Shown piece by piece: positions 9,559-19,435 of a DNA stretch of 64,000 nucleotides. The notes beneath the pieces are model-generated. The model searched no databases. It had not been told where the DNA came from and saw only the letters and a program-made list of their open reading frames with translations. The stretch is from Alphaproteobacteria bacterium (GTDB taxonomy: Bacteria; Pseudomonadota; Alphaproteobacteria; SP197): NCBI GenBank assembly GCA_964291265.2, contig OZ219747.1, positions 1,632,001 through 1,696,000 on the forward strand. The letters are read 5' to 3'. The stretch's first letter is position 1, and each line of letters opens with the position of its first letter. A program made the translations under genes and the position numbers.

Positions 9559-10896
9559 CTATCCCCGGCGCCCCGTGGGGTCCGGTGACTCCGGTGGCAT
9601 TTCGGGCACATCGGAAAGATGGCGCTCGTCCGCAAGCCTGGGATAGCGGCGGCGCTCCATCAGCCGGATGGCGACATGCATCCACACGGTGCTCACCAGC
9701 ACGATGCCAAACAGCAGCATGAAGGAACTTGTCCAGACTCCGAACCAGTCGTTGAAAATGCCGAAGGTGATCGGCAGGACAAAGCCTCCCAGGCCGCCGA
9801 TCATGCCGACCAGTCCGCCGACCGATCCCACGTGCTCCGGATAGTAGACAGGGATGTGCTTGTAGACGGCGGCCTTGCCCAGCGACATGACGAAACCGAG
9901 CACGACGGTGAGGCTGACGAAGACGGTGAGGCTGACGCCGAAGGTGAACTCCATCGGACCCTCGATGCCCTGAACGACGTAACGGGTCTGCGGATAGCTC
10001 ATCACGAAGAGGCAGGCCAGCGATACGATGAACGTCAGGTACATGACGGCCCGCGCTCCCCACCTGTCCGACATCCAGCCGCCAAGCGCCCGGAAGACGG
10101 AACCCGGCATCGAATAGGCGGCGGCCAGCATGCCGGCCGTGGCCAGGGGCAGATCGTAGGCGCCGACATAGAACCGCGGCAGGTAGGAAGCGAGGGCGAC
10201 AAAACCGCCGAAGACGAAGAAGTAATAGGTAGCGAAGCGCCACACCTGCAGGTTCTTCAGGGGCGCCAGCTGGTTCGCCGTCGACACCGGTTTCAGACCC
10301 TGGCGCTTGCGCGCCACCTCCCCCGGGTCAGGACGCGCCAGCACATAGTAGAGAACGGCGGTCGCGGCGAGGACGACGGCATAGATCTGGGCTGTCTGTT
10401 CCCAGCCGAAGGCCAGCACGAGGAAGGGAGCCCCGAAGTTGGTGACAGCGGCGCCGACATTGCCGACACCGAAGATACCCAATGCCGTTCCCTGGTGCTC
10501 CTTGTCGAACCACTGGGAGGTATAGGCGATGCCGACGATGAAGGATCCGCCGGCGAGGCCGACGCCGAGTGCGGCGATGAGGAAGACCTCGTAGGTCCTG
10601 ACCTCGGAGAGGAGCCAGCAGGCCACGGCGGTGGCCAGCATCTGCAGGGTGAAGACCAGACGGCCTCCGAACTGTTCCGTCCACACACCCAGGAAGATCC
10701 GGCTGATCGATCCGGTCAGGACCGGTGTTGCGACCAGGATGCCGAATTCCGTCTCCGAGAGACCGAGGTCCTGCTTGATCTTGACGCCGATGATGGAAAA
10801 GATCGTCCAGACGGCAAAGCAGACGGTGAAGGCGAATGTGCTCAGGCCGAGGGCCTTCAGCTGATCGCCTCTCGTGACGTCCTTGAGATCTGACAT
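9559..10896 (-). CDS. narK1: NarK1-type nitrate transporter (MFS)
   Basis: STFAFTVCFAVWTIFSIIG, GLAGGSF, GKAAVYKHIPVYYP. Confidence 0.92.
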   Translation of the reverse strand: MSDLKDVTRGDQLKALGLSTFAFTVCFAVWTIFSIIGVKIKQDLGLSETEFGILVATPVLTGSISRIFLGVWTEQFGGRLVFTLQMLATAVACWLLSEVRTYEVFLIAALGVGLAGGSFIVGIAYTSQWFDKEHQGTALGIFGVGNVGAAVTNFGAPFLVLAFGWEQTAQIYAVVLAATAVLYYVLARPDPGEVARKRQGLKPVSTANQLAPLKNLQVWRFATYYFFVFGGFVALASYLPRFYVGAYDLPLATAGMLAAAYSMPGSVFRALGGWMSDRWGARAVMYLTFIVSLACLFVMSYPQTRYVVQGIEGPMEFTFGVSLTVFVSLTVVLGFVMSLGKAAVYKHIPVYYPEHVGSVGGLVGMIGGLGGFVLPITFGIFNDWFGVWTSSFMLLFGIVLVSTVWMHVAIRLMERRRYPRLADERHLSDVPEMPPESPDPTGRRG

Positions 10897-10993
10897 GGGT
10901 CAACCGCCACCACGGTGCCTGACGTGCAGGAATAGTCGAAGCGGGTATACCGTGTCAAGACACCGGAGGTCCTTGTCGTGGAGGAGGAAAGGC

Positions 10994-11842
10994 ATGGCCG
11001 ACATCATTGATCAACACGAGGCTGCGCGCCGGCTCGGCATGACTGTCGAGGAGGTCACCTACCGTCTCGCCTACGGGCAGATGATGGGCGTCGAGGCCGA
11101 GGACAACTGGCGGATCGACACCCGGGATCTGGAGTCGTTCAGGCGGGGTCAGGCCCTTGGCCGTGCCATCGCGGCGGCGGGAAAGGCGCCGGTGGACAGC
11201 AAGTCGCCCGAGGACTTCCAGGAGATCTCGCCGGATGCATCCCCGGGTTGGCGGCGCAACCCCGAATACGAGGTCGATCTTGCCATCGTGCCCGCGAGGG
11301 TCGAGGCCCGTTGCGCAGGCGCCACCGTTGCAGCCAGCCAACGCGCCCTCACGGTCATGGAGCTCGGCCACGGGGCTGTCTACTACATGCCGAAGGACGA
11401 TGTGGAGTGGTCGTGCCTTGTGGCCAGCACGCATTCCACATACTGCCAGTACAAGGGCTTTGCGCGTTACTGGACGCTCCGGATCGGTTCCCGGGTCGAG
11501 GAGAACGTGATCTGGGCCTATGACGAACCGCACCGGGAGGTTGACGGCCTGAAGGATCACGTGGGTTTCTACTGGCACCGCATGGATGCCTGGCTTGAGG
11601 ACGGCGTGACGGTCGAACGGCCGCGCGACATCGCCGGGCGATGCGATGCGCGGCACAGTTTCCGCGCGCTCTATCCCGAGCTCGCCCGCCAGTGGCATCC
11701 CGAGAGGAATCCCAACATCAACCCCTACGAATGCGCGCCCTGGTTCCATGCATGCGTCTGGTGGCAGGACGACAGCGGCCGCGAATGGCGTCAGCCGATC
11801 CGCGACCGCGTGCTCGGCCACCCGCCCCGTCACGCTCCCTGA
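10994..11842 (+). CDS. Three-domain protein: excisionase-like HTH + DUF427 + DUF4379-like (zinc-ribbon-type) module
   Basis: RBS GAGGAGG before ATG 10994. N-terminal EAARRLG...WRIDTRDLESF; central VYYMPKDDV...TYCQYKG.A.YW...W.YDEP; C-terminal LYPELARQWHPERN...VWW...GREW. Confidence 0.75.
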   Translation: MADIIDQHEAARRLGMTVEEVTYRLAYGQMMGVEAEDNWRIDTRDLESFRRGQALGRAIAAAGKAPVDSKSPEDFQEISPDASPGWRRNPEYEVDLAIVPARVEARCAGATVAASQRALTVMELGHGAVYYMPKDDVEWSCLVASTHSTYCQYKGFARYWTLRIGSRVEENVIWAYDEPHREVDGLKDHVGFYWHRMDAWLEDGVTVERPRDIAGRCDARHSFRALYPELARQWHPERNPNINPYECAPWFHACVWWQDDSGREWRQPIRDRVLGHPPRHAP

Positions 11843-11960
11843 GAACCCCGTCGGCCGGACTGTCGATCTGCGGTCGAAGGACGATCACGAGATCCGGCGT
11901 GCCGAAACCGGTGGATCGCGACCGTGCGCCGGTTCGCGCTCCTGATCGTTGCGCCCGTGT

Positions 11961-13037
11961 TCAGGAGTCGAAGACGATGACGCTGCGCGCCACCTCGCCG
12001 GCCTTCATGTCGTCGAAGCCCTCGTTGATCTCCTCGAGGGTGATGCGGCGGCTGATCATGTCGTCGAGCTTGAGCTTGCCGTCGAGGTAGAAGTCGACAT
12101 AGCGGGGCATGTCGACCCGGAAGTGGTTGGAACCCATGTTGGAGCCGCGCAGCACCTTGTCGTCGAGCAGGTCGGCACCGTGAATCTCCAGCATCTCGCC
12201 CTCCGGCACCATGCCGATGACCGTGGCCATGCCGGAGGTCCTGAGCATCCGGAAGGCCTGTTCGCTGGTCTGCTTGAGACCAAGCGCCTCGAAGGAGTAT
12301 TCGACGCCGCCCCCCGTCATCTCCCGCACCGCCTCCACCGGGTCGACCTCGGCGGCATTGACCGCGTCCGTGGCTCCGAAGTGGCGGGCGAGGTTGAGCT
12401 TGCTGCCCTTGACGTCGACGGCAATGATGCGTCCGGCGCCGGCGATGGCCGCTCCGTTGATGGCCGAGAGACCCACTCCGCCGTAGCCGATGACCGCCAC
12501 CGTGCTTCCGACCTCGATCTTCGCCGTGTTGATCACGGCGCCGAATCCGGTGGTGACGCCGCAGCCGATCAGCGCGGCGCGGTCGAAGGGCATGTCGTTG
12601 CGGATCTTCACGAGCGCATGTTCGTGAACGAGCATCATCTCGGCGAAGGCGGAGAGGTTGTAGAACTGGCTCACACCGTTGCCGAGGCGGGGCTCCTCGC
12701 CTTCCGCGCGTGACACCTCGGGATTCTGACAGCTGAAGGGACGGCCTGTCGTGCAGTATTCGCAGTGGCCGCAGAAGACGCTGAGGCAGGAAATCACGTG
12801 ATCGCCAGGCGTGAAATGGTGCACCTCGGAACCGACCGCCTCGACGACACCCGCGGCCTCGTGCCCGAGAACCGTCGGCAACGGTGCGGCATACTTGCCC
12901 TCGATGTAATGAAGGTCGCTGTGGCAGACGCCGCACGCCGCCGTGCGCACGAGGACCTCGCGGGACCTTGGCTTCGAGACCGGTACATCCTCGATGACAA
13001 GGGGGGCATTGACCTCATGCAGTACTGCAGCCTTCAT
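11961..13037 (-). CDS. Zn-dependent alcohol dehydrogenase (class III-like MDR)
   Basis: CHSDLH, GHEAAG, CGHCEYC structural Zn site, GYGGVG NAD-binding motif. Confidence 0.93.
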   Translation of the reverse strand: MKAAVLHEVNAPLVIEDVPVSKPRSREVLVRTAACGVCHSDLHYIEGKYAAPLPTVLGHEAAGVVEAVGSEVHHFTPGDHVISCLSVFCGHCEYCTTGRPFSCQNPEVSRAEGEEPRLGNGVSQFYNLSAFAEMMLVHEHALVKIRNDMPFDRAALIGCGVTTGFGAVINTAKIEVGSTVAVIGYGGVGLSAINGAAIAGAGRIIAVDVKGSKLNLARHFGATDAVNAAEVDPVEAVREMTGGGVEYSFEALGLKQTSEQAFRMLRTSGMATVIGMVPEGEMLEIHGADLLDDKVLRGSNMGSNHFRVDMPRYVDFYLDGKLKLDDMISRRITLEEINEGFDDMKAGEVARSVIVFDS

Positions 13038-13125
13038 GGTATGCTCCTCCGTGGATCCATCAGGCGCTCATGCTCCTGATCGGGTCTGTCAAGTCAAGCT
13101 GCCGCAAGATGTAAGGTCCCGCAGG

Positions 13126-14001
13126 ATGCCGCATGCTGACGTGATGCCCGTTCCCCGGAAAACGGTCGATGATTTCCGCCGTGACGGCGCCGTGGTGCTG
13201 AGAGGTGTTCTCGATCCTGTCTGGCGCCGGGAACTCGAGCGGGGTATCGCCGCCCTGAAGGACAAGCCTGGCCGCCACAGGGCGGACTGGATCCGTGACG
13301 AGGCGACCGGCGATCATGTCCTCTTCGATGCGGCCGCCGTGCCCGACAATCCCTTCTTCGCCTCCTGCATGACTTCGTCGCCGCTCGGCCCGATCGCGGC
13401 GCGGATGATGGAGTCGCCCACGGCCCTGGCGTTCTACGTGTCGATGTTCCTTCGCTCGCCCGGCACGTCGACGCCCACGCCATGGCACCAGGACCAGACC
13501 TACTGGTGTGCCGAAGGCCGCCAGGCGCTGAGTGTCTGGACATCCCTCGACCCGGTGCCGGCCGGCACGGAGCTGACGTTTGTCCGCGGGTCCCACCTGT
13601 GGGATCGCCCCCTGGCGCAGCCGTTCTTCGAGCACGAACATCTTGGCGGGGTGCGCGATGACGGCCTCGGCGGCAGCGTGGCGATCACCGACTTCGCGGC
13701 CAGCGACCTCCACGAGGTCATCGGCTGGCCAACGGAACCCGGCGACGTCGTGGTGTTTCACGGCATGACCGTCCACGGCGGATCGGGCAACCTGCCCGAA
13801 GGGCTTGGAAGACGCACACTGTCGTTCCAGTGGCTGGGCGAGGATGTCCGGGTCACCACACGCCCCGGGGGCTGTTCGCCGGACTGGTTGCCGGAGTTCG
13901 CCCACCACGGCGTGAAGCCAGGCGACTATCCATGGTGCGCCATGTGCCCCAGGGTCTCGGCCAACGGGGTGGTCTCGCATCGGCAAGGGCGATTGTCATG
14001 A
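13126..14001 (+). CDS. Phytanoyl-CoA dioxygenase (PhyH) family Fe(II)/2OG oxygenase
   Basis: FRRDGAVVLRG, TPWHQD (HxD), FVRGSH, PGDVVVFHGMTVHG. Confidence 0.88.
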   Translation: MPHADVMPVPRKTVDDFRRDGAVVLRGVLDPVWRRELERGIAALKDKPGRHRADWIRDEATGDHVLFDAAAVPDNPFFASCMTSSPLGPIAARMMESPTALAFYVSMFLRSPGTSTPTPWHQDQTYWCAEGRQALSVWTSLDPVPAGTELTFVRGSHLWDRPLAQPFFEHEHLGGVRDDGLGGSVAITDFAASDLHEVIGWPTEPGDVVVFHGMTVHGGSGNLPEGLGRRTLSFQWLGEDVRVTTRPGGCSPDWLPEFAHHGVKPGDYPWCAMCPRVSANGVVSHRQGRLS

Positions 14002-15248
14002 CCCGTATCGGCTTGCGTCCCGGACGTTTCGACGCCTCGGGCCTGGCGCCGGTCGCGTTGCCGTTCACCGAAGAGGAGTACTGCGCGCGCCTGAAGAAAC
14101 TCACCGCCATGGCGGCCGACGAGGGAATCGACCTGCTCTGGGTGACGTCGCCCGAGGGTGTTGCCTGGCTCCACGGGTTCACGGCCTCGTGGTACAAGGG
14201 CCAGTCGCCGATGCGTTACCCGCAGTGCTACGGCACCGCCGTTCACGTCGCCAGCCGGCGGTTCATCCATTTCGACAACCCGACCGAGGAACCGGTCCTG
14301 GCCCTGACCTCGCGGTCACGGGACAACCGCTGGCTTCCCGACCGCGAGGCAGGGCCCAACATCGCGTTCGTTGTCGATGAGCTCGCCAGGGAGGGGTGGC
14401 TCTCCGGCACCATCGGCATGGAGTTCTGGAGCTATCTGCCGAACCGCGCCATCAGCACCATGTTCGAAGGAGCCTTTCTCGCTGCCGGCGCCCGCCCGGT
14501 CGACATGAGCGCCATGATCCGCCGGGCCCGGCGGGTCAAGTCCGCGGCGGAAATCGCCTGCATCGAGAGGGCCATGGAGATCTGCGACATCGGACACCGG
14601 GCGATCGTCGACAACCTCGAGCCCGGCATCACCGAGCTCGAGCTCTTCGGCAGGGTGATGGCCGCCATGATGGCGGTTGGCGGGGAGTTCTCGGCGCTCA
14701 TCCCGATCTTCAACGCCATGCCGCTTGCCGGGTCGAAGCCGCTGTCAAGCGGCCATGCGATGGCCTCACGCAGGGTGATCAACGCCGGGGAAATCCTGGC
14801 CGCGGACCTGTGCGGCGTCTTCAACCGCTATCATGCCAATGCCCTGCGCGGATACTACGTCGGCGATGATCCTCCATGCGACCTCGTGGAGCGCTACCGC
14901 CTCTCGGGCGGCGTCTTCGGGGTGATCGCCAGCGACGTGAAGGCGGGCATGACGGTGCGCGAGGTCAATCGCGTACTGCGCTCCTACTACGAGGAAACCG
15001 GTCTGTGGTCCGAAAGCGAGGGCTGGGCGCTGGGCTATGAACTCGGCTGGTCGTTGCCTCCCGACTGGGTCGGGGACTTCTACTTTCATCTGGGCGACGA
15101 ACGCTATCTCGACCGGGTGTTCGAGGAGAACATGGTGACCAACTTCGAAAGCCTCTTCGACACCCACCTCATCGACACACTCGTTTACGGCAGGGACGGA
15201 ACGAGGGTGCTCTCGAAGACCCCGCTCGAGCTGATCGCAGTGGGATAG
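13998..15248 (+). CDS. M24 family (Xaa-Pro peptidase/creatinase/ectoine-hydrolase-like) enzyme
   Basis: PFTEEEYCARL creatinase-like N-domain; R-x-VKSAAEI; PGITELEL; ATGA overlap with the upstream PhyH gene. Confidence 0.82.
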   Translation: MTRIGLRPGRFDASGLAPVALPFTEEEYCARLKKLTAMAADEGIDLLWVTSPEGVAWLHGFTASWYKGQSPMRYPQCYGTAVHVASRRFIHFDNPTEEPVLALTSRSRDNRWLPDREAGPNIAFVVDELAREGWLSGTIGMEFWSYLPNRAISTMFEGAFLAAGARPVDMSAMIRRARRVKSAAEIACIERAMEICDIGHRAIVDNLEPGITELELFGRVMAAMMAVGGEFSALIPIFNAMPLAGSKPLSSGHAMASRRVINAGEILAADLCGVFNRYHANALRGYYVGDDPPCDLVERYRLSGGVFGVIASDVKAGMTVREVNRVLRSYYEETGLWSESEGWALGYELGWSLPPDWVGDFYFHLGDERYLDRVFEENMVTNFESLFDTHLIDTLVYGRDGTRVLSKTPLELIAVG

Positions 15249-15305
15249 ACCGGACAGGGGCTTGCGCCCTGGTTCCTTGAACATGGCACAGAGTGGAGGT
15301 GGTCC

Positions 15306-16472
15306 ATGAGCGAACCGGCTACAGCCGGCCTCCCGGAGACCGAGGCCCAGATTCTGGCGGCGCTTGACCGCTTTCTTGTCCGCGAGGTCGAGCCCCGTGT
15401 CATGGCGTTGGAGGATGCCGACGAGTATCCGGGCGACATCGTCGAGGGCATGAAGGAACTGGGGCTCTTCGGCTGTGTCATTTCCGAGGATCACGGCGGC
15501 CTCGGCCTGCCGGTGACGACCTACGTGCGCATTGTCGAGCGCATCTGCGAGACCTGGATGTCCCTGTCGGGTGTCTTCAACACCCATCTCCTCATGGCCT
15601 GGATCGTCCAGATGTTCGGCACCGCGGAACAGAAGGCGACCTGGCTGCCGAAGTTCGCCAGTGGCGAGATGAGGGGCGGCCTGGCGCTGACGGAACCCGG
15701 GTGCGGCACGGACCTGCAGGCCATTCGCACACGGGCCGTGCGGGACGGAACCGACTACATCGTGAACGGGACCAAGACCTGGATCACCAACGGCTATCAC
15801 GGAGATTGCGTGGCCCTGCTGGTCAAGACCGATCCTGCGGCAGAGCCGCGTCACAGGGGAATGAGTCTCTTCCTTGCGCAAAAGGGCGAGGGATTCACGG
15901 CAAGCCGCAAGCTCCCCAAGCTCGGATACCGGGGTATCGACACGGCAGAGCTCGTCTTCGACGACTTCAGGATTCCCCGGGACCGGCTGATCGGAACAAG
16001 GGAGGGATTGGGGCTCAAGCAGGCCCTTGGCGCCCTCGAGCTCGGCCGCATCAATGTCGCGGCACGCGGTGTCGGCGTCGCCAGGCGGGCCCTCGATCTC
16101 GCGGTGGACTATGCCCGGCAGCGCCACACGTTCGGCAAGCCCATTGCGGCTCACCAGGCCATCCAGATCAAGCTTGCCGACATGGCGACGAGGCTCGAGG
16201 CGTCCCGGCATCTCACGCGGTCCGCTGCCGAGGCGTTCGACGCGGGGGAACGGTGCGACATGGAGGCCGGCATGGCCAAGCTGCACGCCACTGAGACCGC
16301 GCTCTTCAATGCGACGGAATCCATGCGCATCCATGGCGCCTACGGCTATTCCAAGGAATTCGAGATCGAGCGCCTCTACCGGGACGCTCCCCTGCTTGTC
16401 ATCGGCGAGGGGACCAACGAGTTGCAGCGCATCGTCATTGCCCGGCAGCTTGTCGCCCGCCACCCGGACTGA
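15306..16472 (+). CDS. Acyl-CoA dehydrogenase family protein
   Basis: ALTEPGCGTD, NGTKTWITNG, RHTFGKPI, IHGAYGY, IGEGTNELQR. Confidence 0.95.
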   Translation: MSEPATAGLPETEAQILAALDRFLVREVEPRVMALEDADEYPGDIVEGMKELGLFGCVISEDHGGLGLPVTTYVRIVERICETWMSLSGVFNTHLLMAWIVQMFGTAEQKATWLPKFASGEMRGGLALTEPGCGTDLQAIRTRAVRDGTDYIVNGTKTWITNGYHGDCVALLVKTDPAAEPRHRGMSLFLAQKGEGFTASRKLPKLGYRGIDTAELVFDDFRIPRDRLIGTREGLGLKQALGALELGRINVAARGVGVARRALDLAVDYARQRHTFGKPIAAHQAIQIKLADMATRLEASRHLTRSAAEAFDAGERCDMEAGMAKLHATETALFNATESMRIHGAYGYSKEFEIERLYRDAPLLVIGEGTNELQRIVIARQLVARHPD

Positions 16473-16479
16473 TCTCGTC

Positions 16480-17676
16480 ATGGCATTCCCCCTCGAGGGC
16501 GTGCGGGTCCTCTCGATCGAGCAGTACGCCGCCGGTCCATTCGGCACCCTGCCGCTCGCCGATCTCGGGGCCGAGATCGTCCGGATCGAGAATCCGGCGG
16601 ATGGCGGCGACATCGGTCGGCGCGTTCGACTCGCCAGCGAAACCTCCGGCGAGGGCATGAGCCTGTTTCATCAGACCTTCAACAGGAACAAGAAGAGCAT
16701 CACGCTTGATCTCAAGCATCCCCGGGGGCGCGAGATCCTGCACCGCCTCGTGGCCCGTTCGGACGCGGTCTTCAACAATCTCAGGGGCGACCTGCCGGAG
16801 ACTCTCGGTCTCGACTACCGTTCGCTCTCTCCGGCGAAGCGCGACATTGTCTGTGTTCACCTCTCCGCCTACGGCAGGGCGAACGAGCGCGCCGGCTGGC
16901 CGGGCTACGATTATCTCATGCAGGCCGAGTGCGGCTGGCTCTCGGTGACCGGCGACCCCGGTGGCGCGCCGCAGCGCGTGGGGCTCTCCCTCGTGGACCT
17001 CTCCGCCGGTCTCCAGGCTGGCGTTGCCATCCTCGCCGGAATCATCGGCGCCCGGGCATCCGGAAGGGGAGGGGACCTTGACGTCAGCCTCTTCGGGGCT
17101 GCCATCACCAGCCTTGCCTACGTCGCCACCTGGTACCTCTCGGCCGGCGTCCAGACCGGTCGCAGCGCCCGCTCGGCGCACCCCAGTCTCACGCCGAGCC
17201 AGTTGTTCCGCACCGGCGACGGCTGGATCTTCATCATGTGCAACAAGGAGAAGTTCTGGCCAAGGCTGTGCGTCGCAATCGGGGAACCGGGCCTTGCCGA
17301 AAACCCGGACTTTGCCGGATTCGCCGAACGCCTCATTCATCGCGACCGCCTCACCGGGTTGCTCGACCGGGCGCTCGCGCGACGGACCACCAGCGAGTGG
17401 ATGACGGTGTTCTCCGGCAAGGTGCCGGCCGCGCCGGTGCACGACATCAGGGACGCTCTCGACAGCCCCTTTGCGCGCAAGAGCGGCTACATCCTCTCTC
17501 TCGAGACATCCACCGGAGCACCTGTCACGGCCCCCGGTTCCGCCATACGGGTCGCCGGGGCCGGATCCCTGGCGGAACCGGCGCCGGAACTGGCCCGCGA
17601 TCTCGAATCGGTGATGGCCGAGATCGGCATCGACGGGGAAGACCTTGCCGGCTTGCGGGACGCGGGCGTCGTCTGA
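16480..17676 (+). CDS. CaiB/BaiF (family III) CoA-transferase
   Basis: PLEGVRVL..AGPF..LADLGAEIVRIE, NRNKKSITLDLK, PGYDYLMQAE (catalytic Asp). Confidence 0.93.
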   Translation: MAFPLEGVRVLSIEQYAAGPFGTLPLADLGAEIVRIENPADGGDIGRRVRLASETSGEGMSLFHQTFNRNKKSITLDLKHPRGREILHRLVARSDAVFNNLRGDLPETLGLDYRSLSPAKRDIVCVHLSAYGRANERAGWPGYDYLMQAECGWLSVTGDPGGAPQRVGLSLVDLSAGLQAGVAILAGIIGARASGRGGDLDVSLFGAAITSLAYVATWYLSAGVQTGRSARSAHPSLTPSQLFRTGDGWIFIMCNKEKFWPRLCVAIGEPGLAENPDFAGFAERLIHRDRLTGLLDRALARRTTSEWMTVFSGKVPAAPVHDIRDALDSPFARKSGYILSLETSTGAPVTAPGSAIRVAGAGSLAEPAPELARDLESVMAEIGIDGEDLAGLRDAGVV

Positions 17677-17844
17677 ACATCGCCGCCTCCTTAACCTGCG
17701 CAGCACCCGAACGGGGCTCATCGGCGAATCGCATCAGAGGTCATCGCGCTGGCCTTGGTCGCCATCCTCCGGGACCCTCTTGCCGGAGTCGCTCCCGTGG
17801 TCTCCGGGGAATGCGGCACGCCAGGCATCGTGGTGATTCGCCCG

Positions 17845-18486
17845 TCACGCGATGAGGTAGGCGTGCTCCACGAGTCGGGTCACGCCGCGCTTGCGCAGGT
17901 TCGAGCGCTCGATGATGTCTTCCTCCCCGACGTGCCGTACCCGGCGCCGTTCACCGAAGAGCACGCGGATTTCCTGTTCGGTGACCGGGAATGGGGGCCC
18001 CTCAGTCTCGTGTTCGGGATACTCCATGGAGATCAGGAGAATCGGAGCGTCGAGAAGTTCGGTGAGGCGCCGGGCGTAGCATTGGCGCACGGAGGGCGGC
18101 AGGGCGACCAGGGCCGCCCGGTCGTAGACGCCTGCAACGCCTTCGAGATCGCCGGCATCGAGCTCGAAGAAATCTCCCGCGAACAGGCGGAACCCGGGAC
18201 TCTCGATGAGAGAGTACCGGGCGTGCCTTGTCTCGGTGAAGGCAAGACCGCGGGCGTCCAGAAACTCGCGTCCCGCAAAGGGACTGAGGTCGATGCCGAG
18301 CACCTCGAACCCCTGTTCATGGAGCCACCACATGTCTTCGGCCTTCCCGCACAACGGCACGAAGACTCGGTCCCCGGGCTGCAGATCGAGCCAATCCAGG
18401 TGGCGCCTGAGCGCCGCGTTGGGGACACCCTCGTTCCAGGGGGTGTTGCCCTCGCGCCAGCGCTGCAACCAGAATTCCGCTTCCAC
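17845..18486 (-). CDS. tpm: Thiopurine S-methyltransferase (TPMT) family
   Basis: FWLQRW, RVFVPLCGKAEDM, YDRAALVALP, GPPFPV; AGGAGG before GTG 18486. Confidence 0.9.
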   Translation of the reverse strand: MEAEFWLQRWREGNTPWNEGVPNAALRRHLDWLDLQPGDRVFVPLCGKAEDMWWLHEQGFEVLGIDLSPFAGREFLDARGLAFTETRHARYSLIESPGFRLFAGDFFELDAGDLEGVAGVYDRAALVALPPSVRQCYARRLTELLDAPILLISMEYPEHETEGPPFPVTEQEIRVLFGERRRVRHVGEEDIIERSNLRKRGVTRLVEHAYLIA

Positions 18487-18813
18487 GCATCCCTCCTGCA
18501 TCAACGCCTGCCAGTCGACGTTCCCGGCGTCTTCTCCTGGATTCGGGTTCCCGCCTGAGTCACTCCTGAACCTTCACCTGAAGACATCTTCGACATGCCG
18601 CTTCCGCAACCGTCGGCGCGCAGACGATACCATGCGTCCCTCCGTCGGTCTTGCCGGACCGCCGGCAAGCAGTTTCGCCATGGTCGGGCCGGCGATCCGA
18701 TATCAACCTGCCCGTGCCCGTTGTCATGATGACGTGTCGAATTGAGCCGATTAGACTGGATCCTTAGCATTGCTTCCCTGCCACTGTTGGTGTCGGAAGA
18801 GACACGGAGCGAC

Positions 18814-19224
18814 ATGCCGCCAAGGCTCTGCATGTTCCTGTTCGTCGTTGCACTGGGCGTGGCCGGCTACCTGGTTGTCAGCGGCGGCGGCACGAATGAA
18901 GGGCGGCCCAGCGCTTCGGTGGATGTGCCTGCAGCGTTCTCGGTGCAAGCACAGCTTGGGCAGAAGGTCTACGATGCCAACTGTGCCTCCTGTCATGGCA
19001 GGAATGCTGCCGGACAGGACGGAGTCGCACCGCCGCTCGTCCATGTCATCTATGAACCTGGCCATCATGGTGACGAGTCATTCCAGCGGGCGATTGCACG
19101 GGGTGTGCGGGCCCATCACTGGCCTTTCGGAGACATGCCGCCTGTCGACGGGCTGACCCGCGACGATGTGGCGGATGTCGTTGCCTACATCCGGGAACTC
19201 CAGCGGACCAACGGCATCCGGTGA
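18814..19224 (+). CDS. Monoheme class I cytochrome c, membrane-anchored or exported
   Basis: Hydrophobic N-terminus, CASCH heme motif, APPLVH..YEPGHH, HHWPFGDMP (distal Met). Confidence 0.88.
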   Translation: MPPRLCMFLFVVALGVAGYLVVSGGGTNEGRPSASVDVPAAFSVQAQLGQKVYDANCASCHGRNAAGQDGVAPPLVHVIYEPGHHGDESFQRAIARGVRAHHWPFGDMPPVDGLTRDDVADVVAYIRELQRTNGIR

Positions 19225-19435
19225 GGGAATGACGACGACGATGATGGCAGGAAGGCGCGCAACGGCCGTGACCTGCACGCTTCATTTCAAGCGTCCCGGG
19301 GAACATGCCATCCGGCATCGTCCTCATGATCCCCCTGGGAACTCGGCCTTCAACAGTCTTCGAGGCGATCTGCCGCGGAGACCCGGTCCCGGCCAGCGTT
19401 CGCCCGGTCGTGCGCTTTCGCGCGTGTCCACATCT

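Noticed and set aside
9536-9640. Possible frameshifted narK1-narK2 fusion, as in Paracoccus NarK
   Set aside because: The genes are in different frames, narK1 has a clean stop, and narK2 has its own ATG and purine-rich leader 7 bp away. Separate genes are common.
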